Source: Bacteroidia bacterium (lineage in GTDB: Bacteria; Bacteroidota; Bacteroidia; SpSt-205). Taken from it: DNA of 64,000 nucleotides. Positions 1 to 9,223 of this stretch are shown here, piece after piece. The translations under genes and the position numbers were made by a program. Below the pieces are notes generated by a model. The model was not told where the DNA came from. It was given only the letters and a program-made list of their open reading frames with translations, and ran no database searches. The stretch covers positions 39,967 to 103,966 of the forward strand of contig JANXAJ010000002.1 in NCBI GenBank assembly GCA_025062295.1, given 5' to 3'. Position 1 is the first letter of the stretch. Every line of letters starts with the position of its first letter.

Positions 1-1116
1 AACTGTCCGATAGTCTAAAAAATCTCCTTCTATAGCTACTAAACCACGGTCAGGTATAATAAAGGCAAGGCCTGCGGACACTCGGTATGGGTAGGTAAAT
101 CTGTACTCAAACTGGAAAGGCTCCTCATACGAAGCGATCCCTACCCGTCCATCATCCACTCGAAATTCCATGTCAGCGGTATATTCATCTGTAATGCGGA
201 GGCGTGATCCTGTGAGAAAGCTGAGCCCAAACCGAAAGTATTCTACAGGCTCCACCAAGACACCGACAGAAAGCCCGACACCACTGCCGGAAGAAGAGTA
301 CTTCTCCCGTAATACGACCTCATCAGCAGGTGAAGTTTGATTTTGCCCATTGTACCGATTCTCTTGATCAATTTCTCGGAACCGATAGAGATTGGTATAA
401 CGGAGGCTGCGAATGAGAAGTGATGCACCAAAGAAGATTGTATTCTGATAGCAGAATCCTGCGCCTATTCCCCATGTATGGAGATGGCCACGCTCTTGTC
501 GAGAGATATCTTGAAGCACTCCTCCCTGAAAAAAAGCACCCCGATAGCGCCATGGATTGACCGAGATATAATCTATCACTCCCCAACTTGAGGGTGAGCC
601 GCTCGGATTCTGCACAAAGGTGTTGTAAGCCAACTGAGGGATCCCAAACAGAAGGCTATCTGGGATTCCCTCTGCTTGCTCAGCGATTGCTTGAGTAAGA
701 GAATTCCTGAAGTTGAAGCCCCGAGCTCGTGTATTCTGGGTAAAAAAGCCTTCCTGATTATAACCAAACCCAAAATTCCATTGAGTAATTTTTTTTCCTC
801 CTTTAGCATGAAGTATGAGGGCAAACTGACTCAGGCTGAGGTGAGTGCGGCTTTCTGAGCTTTTATCTATGTAAGTGGTAGAGGCAATAGGGAGGGAAAG
901 CGCTGGTGAGACCCACACTCCTCCTCTTACAAAGATCCCCAGTGCAGCAGGATTTTGGACAAGGTTAGCTGGATCGCCCCCTAAAGCAGTGAAAGCTCCC
1001 CCCATTGCAATTGCTCGGGCAGAACCTTGGGGTAGGCTTTGACTCCATCGCTCCGCATCTAAATCAGTTTGTCCTAAAAGGAAACCAAAGCCTATTATCC
1101 CCCATACCTGTTTCAT
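1..1116 (-). CDS. FadL/OmpP1-like outer-membrane transport protein (3' end truncated by window edge)
   Basis: Not in ORF track. Manual translation from ATG at 1116 gives MKQVWGIIGFGFLLGQTDLDAERWSQSLPQGSARAIAMGGAFTALGGDPANLVQNPAALG; signal peptide plus GxARxxAMGGAxxAxxxD...NPA motif of the family. Full-length frame not checked codon by codon. Confidence 0.75.
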   Translation of the reverse strand, partial: MKQVWGIIGFGFLLGQTDLDAERWSQSLPQGSARAIAMGGAFTALGGDPANLVQNPAALGIFVRGGVWVSPALSLPIASTTYIDKSSESRTHLSLSQFALILHAKGGKKITQWNFGFGYNQEGFFTQNTRARGFNFRNSLTQAIAEQAEGIPDSLLFGIPQLAYNTFVQNPSGSPSSWGVIDYISVNPWRYRGAFFQGGVLQDISRQERGHLHTWGIGAGFCYQNTIFFGASLLIRSLRYTNLYRFREIDQENRYNGQNQTSPADEVVLREKYSSSGSGVGLSVGVLVEPVEYFRFGLSFLTGSRLRITDEYTADMEFRVDDGRVGIASYEEPFQFEYRFTYPYRVSAGLAFIIPDRGLVAIEGDFLDYRTV

Positions 1117-1121
1117 CCCTT

Positions 1122-1129
1122 CAAAGTTA
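1122..1129 (-). promoter_or_regulatory. Bacteroidota -7 promoter box TAACTTTG
   Basis: Exact TAnnTTTG, 5 nt before the ATG at 1116. Confidence 0.65.
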
Positions 1130-1156
1130 CCTGTTTTTGATGTATCTTCCCCGAAA

Positions 1157-2740
1157 ATGAAGCGGTGCGCAGCCCTTTTGATTGGAGTGATGCTACTCCT
1201 TCTGAGTTGGCAGGACCCTCTCTACCGTCTCGGACGCAATATAGAAGTGTATGGGCGAGTTCTTCAGGAACTTGCTCAGAACTATGTAGATGTGCCTGAC
1301 TTAGATCGCCTCACAGCGCGAGCCATAGAATCCATGCTGAATGATCTGGATCCTTATACCAATTTTTACAGTGCGATTGATGTTACTCAGGCGCAATTAG
1401 AGCAGAGCGGTCAATATGCGGGGGTCGGGCTGGTTTTGCAGCCGCTAGAGGGACGAGTGATTTGCCGACGAATCCTTCCAGGCAGTCCGGCAGAAAAAGC
1501 AGGCATCCAACCTGGCGACCTCCTGATAGAAGTGGAAAAGAAACCCGTGAGCGATCTCTCTTTAGAGCAAATCCAGAAGCTTCTGCGAGGAATGCCGAAA
1601 ACTACGGTGCAGGTTAAGATTCTTCACCCCGCTAATGGGCAATTTCAAGAGCTTCAGTTAGTAAGAGCTGACTTAGAAAATGAAGCTGTCCCCTATAGCG
1701 CCCTCCTGCCAGGACAAATTGGGTATATTGCTCTGACCCAGTTTACTCGGGGCTGTTCAGAAGCGGTGCGACAGCACCTGATTCAACTCAAGACCCAAGC
1801 CCCCCTCAAAGGGCTTATTTTAGACCTGAGAGGAAATCCTGGAGGGCTCCTGAATGAAGCACTACAAATCTTAAACTTCTTCCTGCCGAAGGGGGAGCTC
1901 CTTTTAGAGACTCGAGGACGCATGGCGGAAGCCAACCAAAAATATTATGCTCAACTTCATCCCCTTGAGCCCACGCTTCCTCTCGTCGTGCTGATTGATG
2001 AGCACAGTGCTAGTGCTTCTGAGATTGTGGCTGGAACGCTCCAAGATTTGGATCGAGCCGTGATCATCGGGCGACGCTCTTTCGGCAAGGGACTAGTACA
2101 GATTGTACGTCCCTTAGTGGAAAATACTCAGATGAAAATAACTGTTTCCCGTTACTATACGCCTTCTGGTCGCAGCATTCAACTAAGCCCCCAATCCCTT
2201 CAAGGTAATTCTACATTTCGAACCCGTAGCGGTCGTCCTCTTCGCAGTGGTAGTGGTATTTCCCCGGATCTTGAGGTTCAAACTTATCTGCTCTCCCGAG
2301 AACGGGAACGCATAGAGCCCTACTTTTTCTTTTTCCTGGCTCAACACCGCGATAAGATTCCTCGAGACTCAGCCACTCTGACTGTAGAACTTCCCTCATT
2401 GACGCAAGTTCAAGCCCTGTTAGATTCCCTTCGCAAGTATCCAGCCGCCTACAGAGATGAAGCGGAAGAGACATTAGAGGAGCTGCGAGCTAAACTCTCT
2501 GATACTCCTACCCTCCGACAAAGGCTTAAAGAGCTGGAGGAGGCAATAGTGAACGAGCATTTTGAAAGACTTCGGCAAAGGGGGGAAGCTTTACAAGTGC
2601 TGATTGGCTCCTTGCGCGCCTATCATGGACTTGGTTTGAGAGGTGAATATAGCTTCATTGTGGCCCGAGATCCGGCGGTTCGTCAGGCTCGGGAGCTATT
2701 GACTGATCTGCCACGCTACGAGCGTCTTTTGCGACCTTGA
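1157..2740 (+). CDS. Carboxy-terminal processing protease (S41, PDZ domain)
   Basis: LDPYT, PDZ (GSPAEKAGIQPGD), LILDLRGNPGG, SASASEIVAG, SFGKGLVQ, YYTPSGRSIQ motifs. Confidence 0.92.
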   Translation: MKRCAALLIGVMLLLLSWQDPLYRLGRNIEVYGRVLQELAQNYVDVPDLDRLTARAIESMLNDLDPYTNFYSAIDVTQAQLEQSGQYAGVGLVLQPLEGRVICRRILPGSPAEKAGIQPGDLLIEVEKKPVSDLSLEQIQKLLRGMPKTTVQVKILHPANGQFQELQLVRADLENEAVPYSALLPGQIGYIALTQFTRGCSEAVRQHLIQLKTQAPLKGLILDLRGNPGGLLNEALQILNFFLPKGELLLETRGRMAEANQKYYAQLHPLEPTLPLVVLIDEHSASASEIVAGTLQDLDRAVIIGRRSFGKGLVQIVRPLVENTQMKITVSRYYTPSGRSIQLSPQSLQGNSTFRTRSGRPLRSGSGISPDLEVQTYLLSRERERIEPYFFFFLAQHRDKIPRDSATLTVELPSLTQVQALLDSLRKYPAAYRDEAEETLEELRAKLSDTPTLRQRLKELEEAIVNEHFERLRQRGEALQVLIGSLRAYHGLGLRGEYSFIVARDPAVRQARELLTDLPRYERLLRP

Positions 2741-3257
2741 GCTGACGAGCCGCTTCATACAGAAAAATGCCTCCCGCTACCGCTACATTAAGGCTATGCT
2801 TTGTTCCAAATTGGGGTATCTCTATAATCATGTCACACTGCTCTAAGAGCGTCTCTTGAATGCCGGTGAGCTCATTCCCTACGATGAGCAGCCAAGGGGG
2901 GGGCCTCCACTCAACCTCCCATAGGCTTATGCTCTGGTCTGTATGCTCTAAGGCTAAGAGCTTCCAGCCTTCTTCTTTCAATTGTCGGAGGAGAGGGAGA
3001 GGGTGAGCAATCGCTTCCCATACTACACTCTCTTCTGCTCCCAAAGCGCTGCGATAAATCTCGGGGTGGGGGGGTACAGGTGTGTATCCACCCAGATATA
3101 CTTTCTCCACTCGGAAAGCATCAGCACTACGAAGCAAGCTCCCTACATTATACCGACTACGCACATTGTCCAAAAGAAGGCGGATTGGGAATTTCGGCGC
3201 ATTTTTATATGCCTCTACGGAGAGGCGTCCGAGCTCTTCGGGTCTGAGCTTGCGCAT
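2655..3257 (-). CDS. SpoU/TrmH-family RNA methyltransferase
   Basis: LDNVRSxxNVGSxxRSADAF, VGNE, IEIPQFGTKHSLNVAVA; start trimmed to MRKLRPEELGR. Confidence 0.9.
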   Translation of the reverse strand: MRKLRPEELGRLSVEAYKNAPKFPIRLLLDNVRSRYNVGSLLRSADAFRVEKVYLGGYTPVPPHPEIYRSALGAEESVVWEAIAHPLPLLRQLKEEGWKLLALEHTDQSISLWEVEWRPPPWLLIVGNELTGIQETLLEQCDMIIEIPQFGTKHSLNVAVAGGIFLYEAARQLKVAKDARSVADQSIAPEPDEPPDLGPQ

Positions 3258-4726
3258 ACTATACGCCTCAGACAGACAGGCGCCGAACAAGGCTTATCGC
3301 AATACTTCACAAAAGGCCATAAAATTCCTGCTCCTAGACCCAGTTCATACCTTTGATCTACTATTCCGCAATCCACATATAGACAGGGACAATCTCGAAG
3401 AAGCAAAGGAAAATACCCTTCCCAGTCGCCCAAACATAGGTCTATTCGCCTTCCCTTGAGGATGTAGGCAATGCTTCCCCCAATAATGCAACTGCGAGGA
3501 GGGAGACTATCGTAGGCTTGGCGAACCCTCTCTGCATAAGTGTAAGAGAGATGAGGAATCTCCAGACTCCAACGGAAGTGCTGATAAGTATTGCGAAGCT
3601 GCCATACCACCCATATCCCAGCTATGCTCACTAAGAGAGAGGAAGGGAGGGTACGCCAAAGGCGCTCCGCTGCATACAGCAGTATCGGTAGAAGAGTCAG
3701 GACAAAGTGCCGAGTATCCACAATCCCCACCCGCCCCTTAATCATGCTCCATGCATAGAGTCCTCCTTGAGTCAAAAAGAGCAGCCATAAGAGCTTGTCT
3801 CGCTTTTGTTCAGCCAAGGAAAAGGAAGGTCGGCCCCATTTCCAAAGAGCCGCTACAGTCAAAAGCCCTACAAGGAAAGCAAACCGAAGAAAAGGCACCT
3901 CTTGCCATAGGCGCCAGAAAAAATCAGGGGGTACAGGCATACCCCGCATGCTAAGCCCGCTCTCTTGAGCAGGATGACTGAGTGCATTCCATAGAAAATA
4001 TCCTCCTGCCCAGAGACCCTGAAAAGCCGCAATCACAAGCCATCTAAGCCCTTCTCTCCAATTTCTACAAAGCCCCTGCCACAGCCCCCATAGCCCCAGA
4101 GCTATCCCAACAGCTAAACCGCTATATCTAACAAGGAAGAGAAGAGGTAGAAGAAATCCTATCCCTACCATCCACCACCCCTTCTCATCTCTGTAAAAAC
4201 GCTCAAACGACCCTATCGTCAGAAGGAAAAACGGGATGAATAAATTCTCTGAGAGGGGGAAAGCTACATTCCACGTGTAGTTCGGAGGGTAAATGAAAAG
4301 AAAGAGCCAATCTGCTCGACTCTTGAAGAAGAAGAGCATGATTAGATAGCTCAGGATATAGAGTCCTACATTCAACCAGCGGCTAATGTAGAAGGGTTCA
4401 ATGCCTGTAAGCCAAGAAGAGAAAGCTATGAGGGCGGGGTAGCCTAAGGGCCACTCAGACATCCAGCCATAGGGCAAAGGTTCAAAGAGGGATGGCATTC
4501 GCAGACCTTCACCATGTAGAAGACTGCGGGCAGCACCTAAATAAGCGGTACAATCGGCTTGCGCTCGCCGAAGTCCATATGGCTCCATAAGAGCTAATGC
4601 ATCCCATGAGACAATCCCCATTTGAAAGAGGAGACAGCCTCGAACGACCCACCTCACCCAAGGGAGTGGAGGAGCTCCCACTTCCCTCCGCTCAAAAGCC
4701 TTCGCAAAGAAGGATCTCCAACTCAC
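3215..4726 (-). CDS. Polytopic membrane protein, probable GT-C (PMT/ArnT-like) glycosyltransferase
   Basis: Many TM segments; DxxxY..A..L..GxG, WPLGYPALIA, LSENLF, LFLVRYSG motifs; Cys-rich C-terminus; GTG at 4726 chosen because it lies 7 nt after TACTTTTG (4734-4741). Confidence 0.6.
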   Translation of the reverse strand: MSWRSFFAKAFERREVGAPPLPWVRWVVRGCLLFQMGIVSWDALALMEPYGLRRAQADCTAYLGAARSLLHGEGLRMPSLFEPLPYGWMSEWPLGYPALIAFSSWLTGIEPFYISRWLNVGLYILSYLIMLFFFKSRADWLFLFIYPPNYTWNVAFPLSENLFIPFFLLTIGSFERFYRDEKGWWMVGIGFLLPLLFLVRYSGLAVGIALGLWGLWQGLCRNWREGLRWLVIAAFQGLWAGGYFLWNALSHPAQESGLSMRGMPVPPDFFWRLWQEVPFLRFAFLVGLLTVAALWKWGRPSFSLAEQKRDKLLWLLFLTQGGLYAWSMIKGRVGIVDTRHFVLTLLPILLYAAERLWRTLPSSLLVSIAGIWVVWQLRNTYQHFRWSLEIPHLSYTYAERVRQAYDSLPPRSCIIGGSIAYILKGRRIDLCLGDWEGYFPLLLRDCPCLYVDCGIVDQRYELGLGAGILWPFVKYCDKPCSAPVCLRRIVCASSDPKSSDASP

Positions 4727-4824
4727 AGGCAAGCAAAAGTAAAGTAGAACTCGCTCTCCTAAATCTCAACGCCTGCAAAAGATAAATAAAGAAAGAGAGG
4801 ATGACCCTGTATTTGTCTCTCCCT

Positions 4825-5271
4825 CTACTCAAATTCCATCATAAGCGTTACGGGACCATAATTGAGAAGATGAACATTCATCATAGCTCCGAAAAGTCCT
4901 GTGGCCACTGGGAGCGAGGGGGCTTGACGCCGAACTTCCGACACGAATGCCTCGTAAAGGGACCGAGCCACTTCTGCAGGAGCTGCTTCAACGAAAGAAG
5001 GTCTAAACCCTTTCTCCAGGCGCCCGTACAGAGTAAATTGAGAAACCAGTAGCAAGCTTCCTCCCACCTCTTGAACCGAACGGTTCATCTTGCCAGTTTC
5101 ATCAGGAAAAATCCGAAGCTGAATCAGCTTAGAAGCTGCTTTCGGAAGGAGAGCCTCTGTATCTGAGCGATGAAATCCTACAAGGACTAAAAGTCCATGA
5201 CTGATCTGACCCACTATTTTGCCCTCCACCTCCACCGCTGCATGAGCTACTCGCTGAACTAAAAGGCGCAT
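4825..5271 (-). CDS. dtd: D-aminoacyl-tRNA deacylase
   Basis: MRLLVQRV, LRIFPDxxGKMN, SQFTL, GxFGAMMxVxLxNxGPVT; ATG overlaps rsgA stop (TAATG). Confidence 0.95.
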   Translation of the reverse strand: MRLLVQRVAHAAVEVEGKIVGQISHGLLVLVGFHRSDTEALLPKAASKLIQLRIFPDETGKMNRSVQEVGGSLLLVSQFTLYGRLEKGFRPSFVEAAPAEVARSLYEAFVSEVRRQAPSLPVATGLFGAMMNVHLLNYGPVTLMMEFE

Positions 5272-6191
5272 TAGGTCGGTGTTGCTTTGAGTTCCTTCAA
5301 TAAAGCTAAATAGGTATGATAACGAGAAGAGGGTATCTCTCCTCTCTCCACAGCTGGAAGAACCGCACAACCTGGTTCATCTATATGCAGGCAATTATTG
5401 AATTGGCACTGGCGCAGATAAGCTCGCATTTCAGGAAAGTAATGCGAAAGCTCTGAAGGCTGAACATCTCCTATCCGAAATTCACCAAAGCCTGGTGAAT
5501 CTATCACTTCTCCTCCTTCAGGAAGTTCATACAAAGCAGAATAAGTAGTGGTATGGCGTCCCCGTTGAGTGAGCCGAACAAGAGGCTGAGTAGGCAAGTG
5601 GAGGAAGGGAATAAGCCGATTAATCAGCGAGCTCTTTCCTACTCCGCTCAAGCCTGTGATAAAGGTCCGTTTATTTCTTAGATAAACTCGCAGTGATTCT
5701 ATCCCCTCACCTGTTTGGCTTGACACGAGAAAAGTAGGATAGCCAATCTGCTGATAGAGTCTTATAAGGTTTCTTCGCTTCTCTTCTGAAGAGGGCTTGA
5801 GGGGTAGGTCAGCCTTTGTAAAAGCCAAACCTGCAGGAACATCAAAAGCTTCACATAAAACAAGAAACCCATCTACATACCGTAGAGGGGTAAAAGGAGC
5901 CTCCACAGTGACCAAAAGGAGCGCCTGATCTATATTACAAGCGAGAATCTGGCGGCGGTGATAATGATTGGGGTCCACTCGGATGAGCCAATTTCGTCGG
6001 GGGAAAATTTCTTCAATAACAGCTATCCCTTCTTCTGTGCGGACTCGGACTCTATCACCTACGCCCACAGGTGTGGTAAGGTCATGGACTGTAAGTCTGA
6101 ATTTTCCTCTGAGAGTAGCTGGAAGGATCATTCCTTCCTCTGTACGCACATGAACATGGTCACCTGAAGTCCGAATGACCGTAGCCTCCAT
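5271..6191 (-). CDS. rsgA: Ribosome small subunit-dependent GTPase A
   Basis: Circularly permuted GTPase (TKAD, GLSGVGKSS, GRHTTT, DSPG) and C-terminal CxFxxCxHxxEPGC. Confidence 0.95.
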   Translation of the reverse strand: MEATVIRTSGDHVHVRTEEGMILPATLRGKFRLTVHDLTTPVGVGDRVRVRTEEGIAVIEEIFPRRNWLIRVDPNHYHRRQILACNIDQALLLVTVEAPFTPLRYVDGFLVLCEAFDVPAGLAFTKADLPLKPSSEEKRRNLIRLYQQIGYPTFLVSSQTGEGIESLRVYLRNKRTFITGLSGVGKSSLINRLIPFLHLPTQPLVRLTQRGRHTTTYSALYELPEGGEVIDSPGFGEFRIGDVQPSELSHYFPEMRAYLRQCQFNNCLHIDEPGCAVLPAVERGEIPSSRYHTYLALLKELKATPT

Positions 6192-6197
6192 GCATAA

Positions 6198-6205
6198 TAC
6201 CTTTG
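6198..6205 (+). promoter_or_regulatory. -7 promoter box TACCTTTG
   Basis: Exact TAnnTTTG 8 nt before ATG 6214, inside a 22-nt divergent intergenic gap. Confidence 0.6.
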
Positions 6206-6213
6206 AGGCAAAT

Positions 6214-7188
6214 ATGCGTATTCTTCTTACAGGAGCCGCCGGTTTTATTGGAAGTTTTACAGCCCAAAGGCTTCTTCAGGAAGGCTACGAAGTGATTGGA
6301 ATAGATAACCTCAATAGCTACTATCATCCCTCCCTCAAAAAGCATCGCCTCAGCTGGCTCATATCCTCTCCCAATTTCCAGTTCCATGCCCTTGATCTGT
6401 CCGATTGGAATAGCATGGCAAGCCTGTTTGAATTTGCGGCCCCCATAGATGCGGTTATCAACCTTGCGGCACAGCCAGGCGTTCGCTCCAGCCTTGAGCA
6501 ACCTTACCCCTATTATCAGGCTAACTCTACGGGCAACTTTCACCTTTTAGAACTTATGCGACGCCATGGCATAAAGCAGTATGTGTTGGCTTCTACCTCC
6601 TCTCTATATGCAGGTGCATCCCTCCCATTCTCTGAAGATTGCATTGTAGATACGCCTATCTCACCCTATGCTGCTTCTAAGCGGGCAGCAGAGATTCTTG
6701 CCTACACTTATCACTATCAGTATGGGATTGATGTGGCGGTTCTCCGATATTTCACAGTGTATGGACCCGCAGGACGCCCAGATATGGGTATTTTTCGTTT
6801 CATCGAATGGATTTATCGAGAAGAGCCCCTCCATCTTTATGGAGATGGGACACAATCGCGAGATTTCACCTATGTTGAGGATGTCGCTGAAGCTACATTG
6901 GCAGCCTTACAAGTGAAGGGCTATGAAATTTTCAACATTGGAGGGGGAAAGCCTCCTTCTTCCCTCTTAGAGGTGATTCATCACATTCAGAAGCGCTTGA
7001 GAAAGGAGGCAAAAATCATCTACCATCCACCCTCTCGCGCAGATCTTCATCATACGCAAGCAGATATTCGCAAGGCAGAGAGTCTTTTAGGCTGGAGACC
7101 AAAAGTAGAATTTTGGACAGGTTTAGACCGCACTATAGAGTGGCATCTGGAAAATAGGGAGCTTTTAGATGGCTTGCCTCTATCCTAA
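6214..7188 (+). CDS. NAD-dependent epimerase (UDP-glucuronate 4-epimerase-like)
   Basis: TGAAGFIG, NLAAQPGVR, YAASK, RYFTVYGPxGRPDM; start trimmed to MRILLTG. Confidence 0.9.
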   Translation: MRILLTGAAGFIGSFTAQRLLQEGYEVIGIDNLNSYYHPSLKKHRLSWLISSPNFQFHALDLSDWNSMASLFEFAAPIDAVINLAAQPGVRSSLEQPYPYYQANSTGNFHLLELMRRHGIKQYVLASTSSLYAGASLPFSEDCIVDTPISPYAASKRAAEILAYTYHYQYGIDVAVLRYFTVYGPAGRPDMGIFRFIEWIYREEPLHLYGDGTQSRDFTYVEDVAEATLAALQVKGYEIFNIGGGKPPSSLLEVIHHIQKRLRKEAKIIYHPPSRADLHHTQADIRKAESLLGWRPKVEFWTGLDRTIEWHLENRELLDGLPLS

Positions 7189-7753
7189 GTACAGAGGCAA
7201 GGGCATATTTGTTTTGCTCTGTGGGCTGATTATGAGTGCTCAAACCTCCTCCAACTTTTATGCAGACACAGCCTATCGCCGAGCACAGAAACTCTATTTT
7301 CTTGCCGTACAATCCGAAGAATACCTGGAAGAAGCAGAAAAAGCTTTTCAGAGTCTGATTAGCCGCTATGGTCGTCAAGACCCTCTCTTGATGTATTTGC
7401 ACGGCCTAACAGCTTTGAAGGCTCGGTATGCCCTCAATCCCCTCAAGAAGCGGGACTACTTTTACGAAGCTGTCCGTCAAATGGATGCTATCGTACAGAA
7501 AACTCCAAACGATGTGGAAATTCGGTTTCTGCGGGGCTCCTTCTATTACTACCTTCCATTCTTTCTGGGCAAGCGGGCTCAAGCAGAGGAGGACCTTCGG
7601 ACTCTGACCCTTCTCCTTCTCAAGAATGTTGATACATACCGAAAACGGTACTCTTATGAAGCTTTGAAGGCTATAATAGGTTTTTTAGAACAAAGCCGGT
7701 GGATAGAGGACGAAAAAATCAAAAAAATCAAGGAAATATACACTATATTCTAA
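7169..7753 (+). CDS. Hypothetical exported helical (TPR-like) protein
   Basis: Signal-like N-terminus, helical composition, PNDVEIRFLRG motif; sits in co-directional gene run. Confidence 0.6.
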   Translation: MACLYPKYRGKGIFVLLCGLIMSAQTSSNFYADTAYRRAQKLYFLAVQSEEYLEEAEKAFQSLISRYGRQDPLLMYLHGLTALKARYALNPLKKRDYFYEAVRQMDAIVQKTPNDVEIRFLRGSFYYYLPFFLGKRAQAEEDLRTLTLLLLKNVDTYRKRYSYEALKAIIGFLEQSRWIEDEKIKKIKEIYTIF

Positions 7754-7765
7754 TAATCTCAGCCC

Positions 7766-9130
7766 ATGACCATAGACCAATGGATAGAAGAGCGAAAGGA
7801 GGTTCTTCTGAGCGAGCTTATGGAGTTTCTCCGCTTTCCAAGCATTAGCGCTCAGAAGAAACACTGGGATGATCTTCACAGAACGGCTCTCTGGCTGAAA
7901 GACAGGCTTGAACGATTAGGTTTTACCACTACCCTTTTAGGGGAGCCGCCTGTGGTGTGGGGTCACTACAAAGGGGCACAAGAAACTCCCACTGTAGTAT
8001 TCTACGGTCATTACGATGTGCAGCCGCCAGACCCTCTCTCCCTCTGGGAAAGTCCGCCTTTTGAACCCCAAATCCGGGGTGAGGCGATATATGCAAGAGG
8101 TGCTGCAGACGATAAGGGGCAGGTCTTTGCCCACTTAGCCGTATGGCAGTACTTCATGGAATCTCAGGGTAGAATCCCTCTCTCTATCCATGCTCTAATA
8201 GAAGGGGAAGAGGAAACGGGCAGCAAGACTTTCAGCCAAATCTTGAGAGAAAATGAAAAAGCATGGCGAGGGGATGTAGGCATAGTTTCAGATACCGCCT
8301 TTTTTTCAAAAGATGTTCCTACACTGACCATAGGGCTGCGTGGGCTTGTTTATACAGAAATCAGAGTTTGCGGACCTGCGCGTGACCTTCATTCGGGGGG
8401 ATTTGGAGGAGTGGTAGCAAATCCGGCTTTAGCGCTTGCTCATATTCTCAGCGCTCTGAAGGGTCCTGATGAACGCGTGCGTATTCCAGGCTTTTATGAG
8501 AAGGTACGCCCGGCTTCAGCGGCAGAACGGCGATGGAATTGGGAGCTTCCAGCCAATGAAGCCCACTATCAGCGGCTCACAGGGGCTCCTGCTATCGTAG
8601 GGGAAGTAGGCTTCTCCCCCCTGGAGCGGATCGGTATTCGCCCTACTTTAGATGTAAATGGACTTTGGAGTGGCTACACTGGCGAGGGTTCCAAAACAAT
8701 TATCCCCGCAGAGGCAGTGGCGAAGGTCTCCATGCGACTGGTCCCACATCAAGAGCCAAGGGAAGTATGGGAGAGCTTCCGTCAATATGTGGAGAGAATA
8801 GCCCCGTCTGGCGTTACGGTATCCGTGAGTCTCCTTCATGAGCCAGCTCCCCCTTTTGAGACGCCGGTCGACTCTCTTGCTTATCAGCTTGCAGCCGCTG
8901 CAATGGAGCGAGCCTTTGGAAAAGCCCCTCTCCCCCTTCGGGAAGGCGGCTCTATCCCCATTCTAAATCTTCTCCAGCAGGCAACAGGCGGCATTCCTAT
9001 TGTCCTTATGGGTTTCGGACTTCCCTCTGATGCCGTTCATAGTCCAAATGAGCACTTTCAACTGAATCAGCTCTGGAAAGGCATAAAAGCCCTTGCTTAC
9101 TTCTATGAAAGTTTAGCTGCAAAAAAGTAG
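7766..9130 (+). CDS. M20-family dipeptidase
   Basis: YGHYDVQP, ARGAADDKGQ, EGEEE, DLHSG, EGGSIP, HSPNE. Confidence 0.93.
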   Translation: MTIDQWIEERKEVLLSELMEFLRFPSISAQKKHWDDLHRTALWLKDRLERLGFTTTLLGEPPVVWGHYKGAQETPTVVFYGHYDVQPPDPLSLWESPPFEPQIRGEAIYARGAADDKGQVFAHLAVWQYFMESQGRIPLSIHALIEGEEETGSKTFSQILRENEKAWRGDVGIVSDTAFFSKDVPTLTIGLRGLVYTEIRVCGPARDLHSGGFGGVVANPALALAHILSALKGPDERVRIPGFYEKVRPASAAERRWNWELPANEAHYQRLTGAPAIVGEVGFSPLERIGIRPTLDVNGLWSGYTGEGSKTIIPAEAVAKVSMRLVPHQEPREVWESFRQYVERIAPSGVTVSVSLLHEPAPPFETPVDSLAYQLAAAAMERAFGKAPLPLREGGSIPILNLLQQATGGIPIVLMGFGLPSDAVHSPNEHFQLNQLWKGIKALAYFYESLAAKK

Positions 9131-9211
9131 GTAGATGGTTTTATAGAATGCCGCACCTTCTCCAAGCCCAGTAGGGGCTATCTTCCCAAAGCCCTATCCA
9201 GCCCAGATTCC

Positions 9212-9219
9212 TACCTTTG
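9212..9219 (+). promoter_or_regulatory. -7 promoter box TACCTTTG
   Basis: Exact TAnnTTTG 4 nt before acnA ATG. Confidence 0.7.
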
Positions 9220-9223
9220 CCTT

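Noticed and set aside
970-1005. Possible frameshift in G-runs of the fadL-like gene
   Set aside because: Counting the runs keeps the frame intact (AMGGAFTALGGDP)
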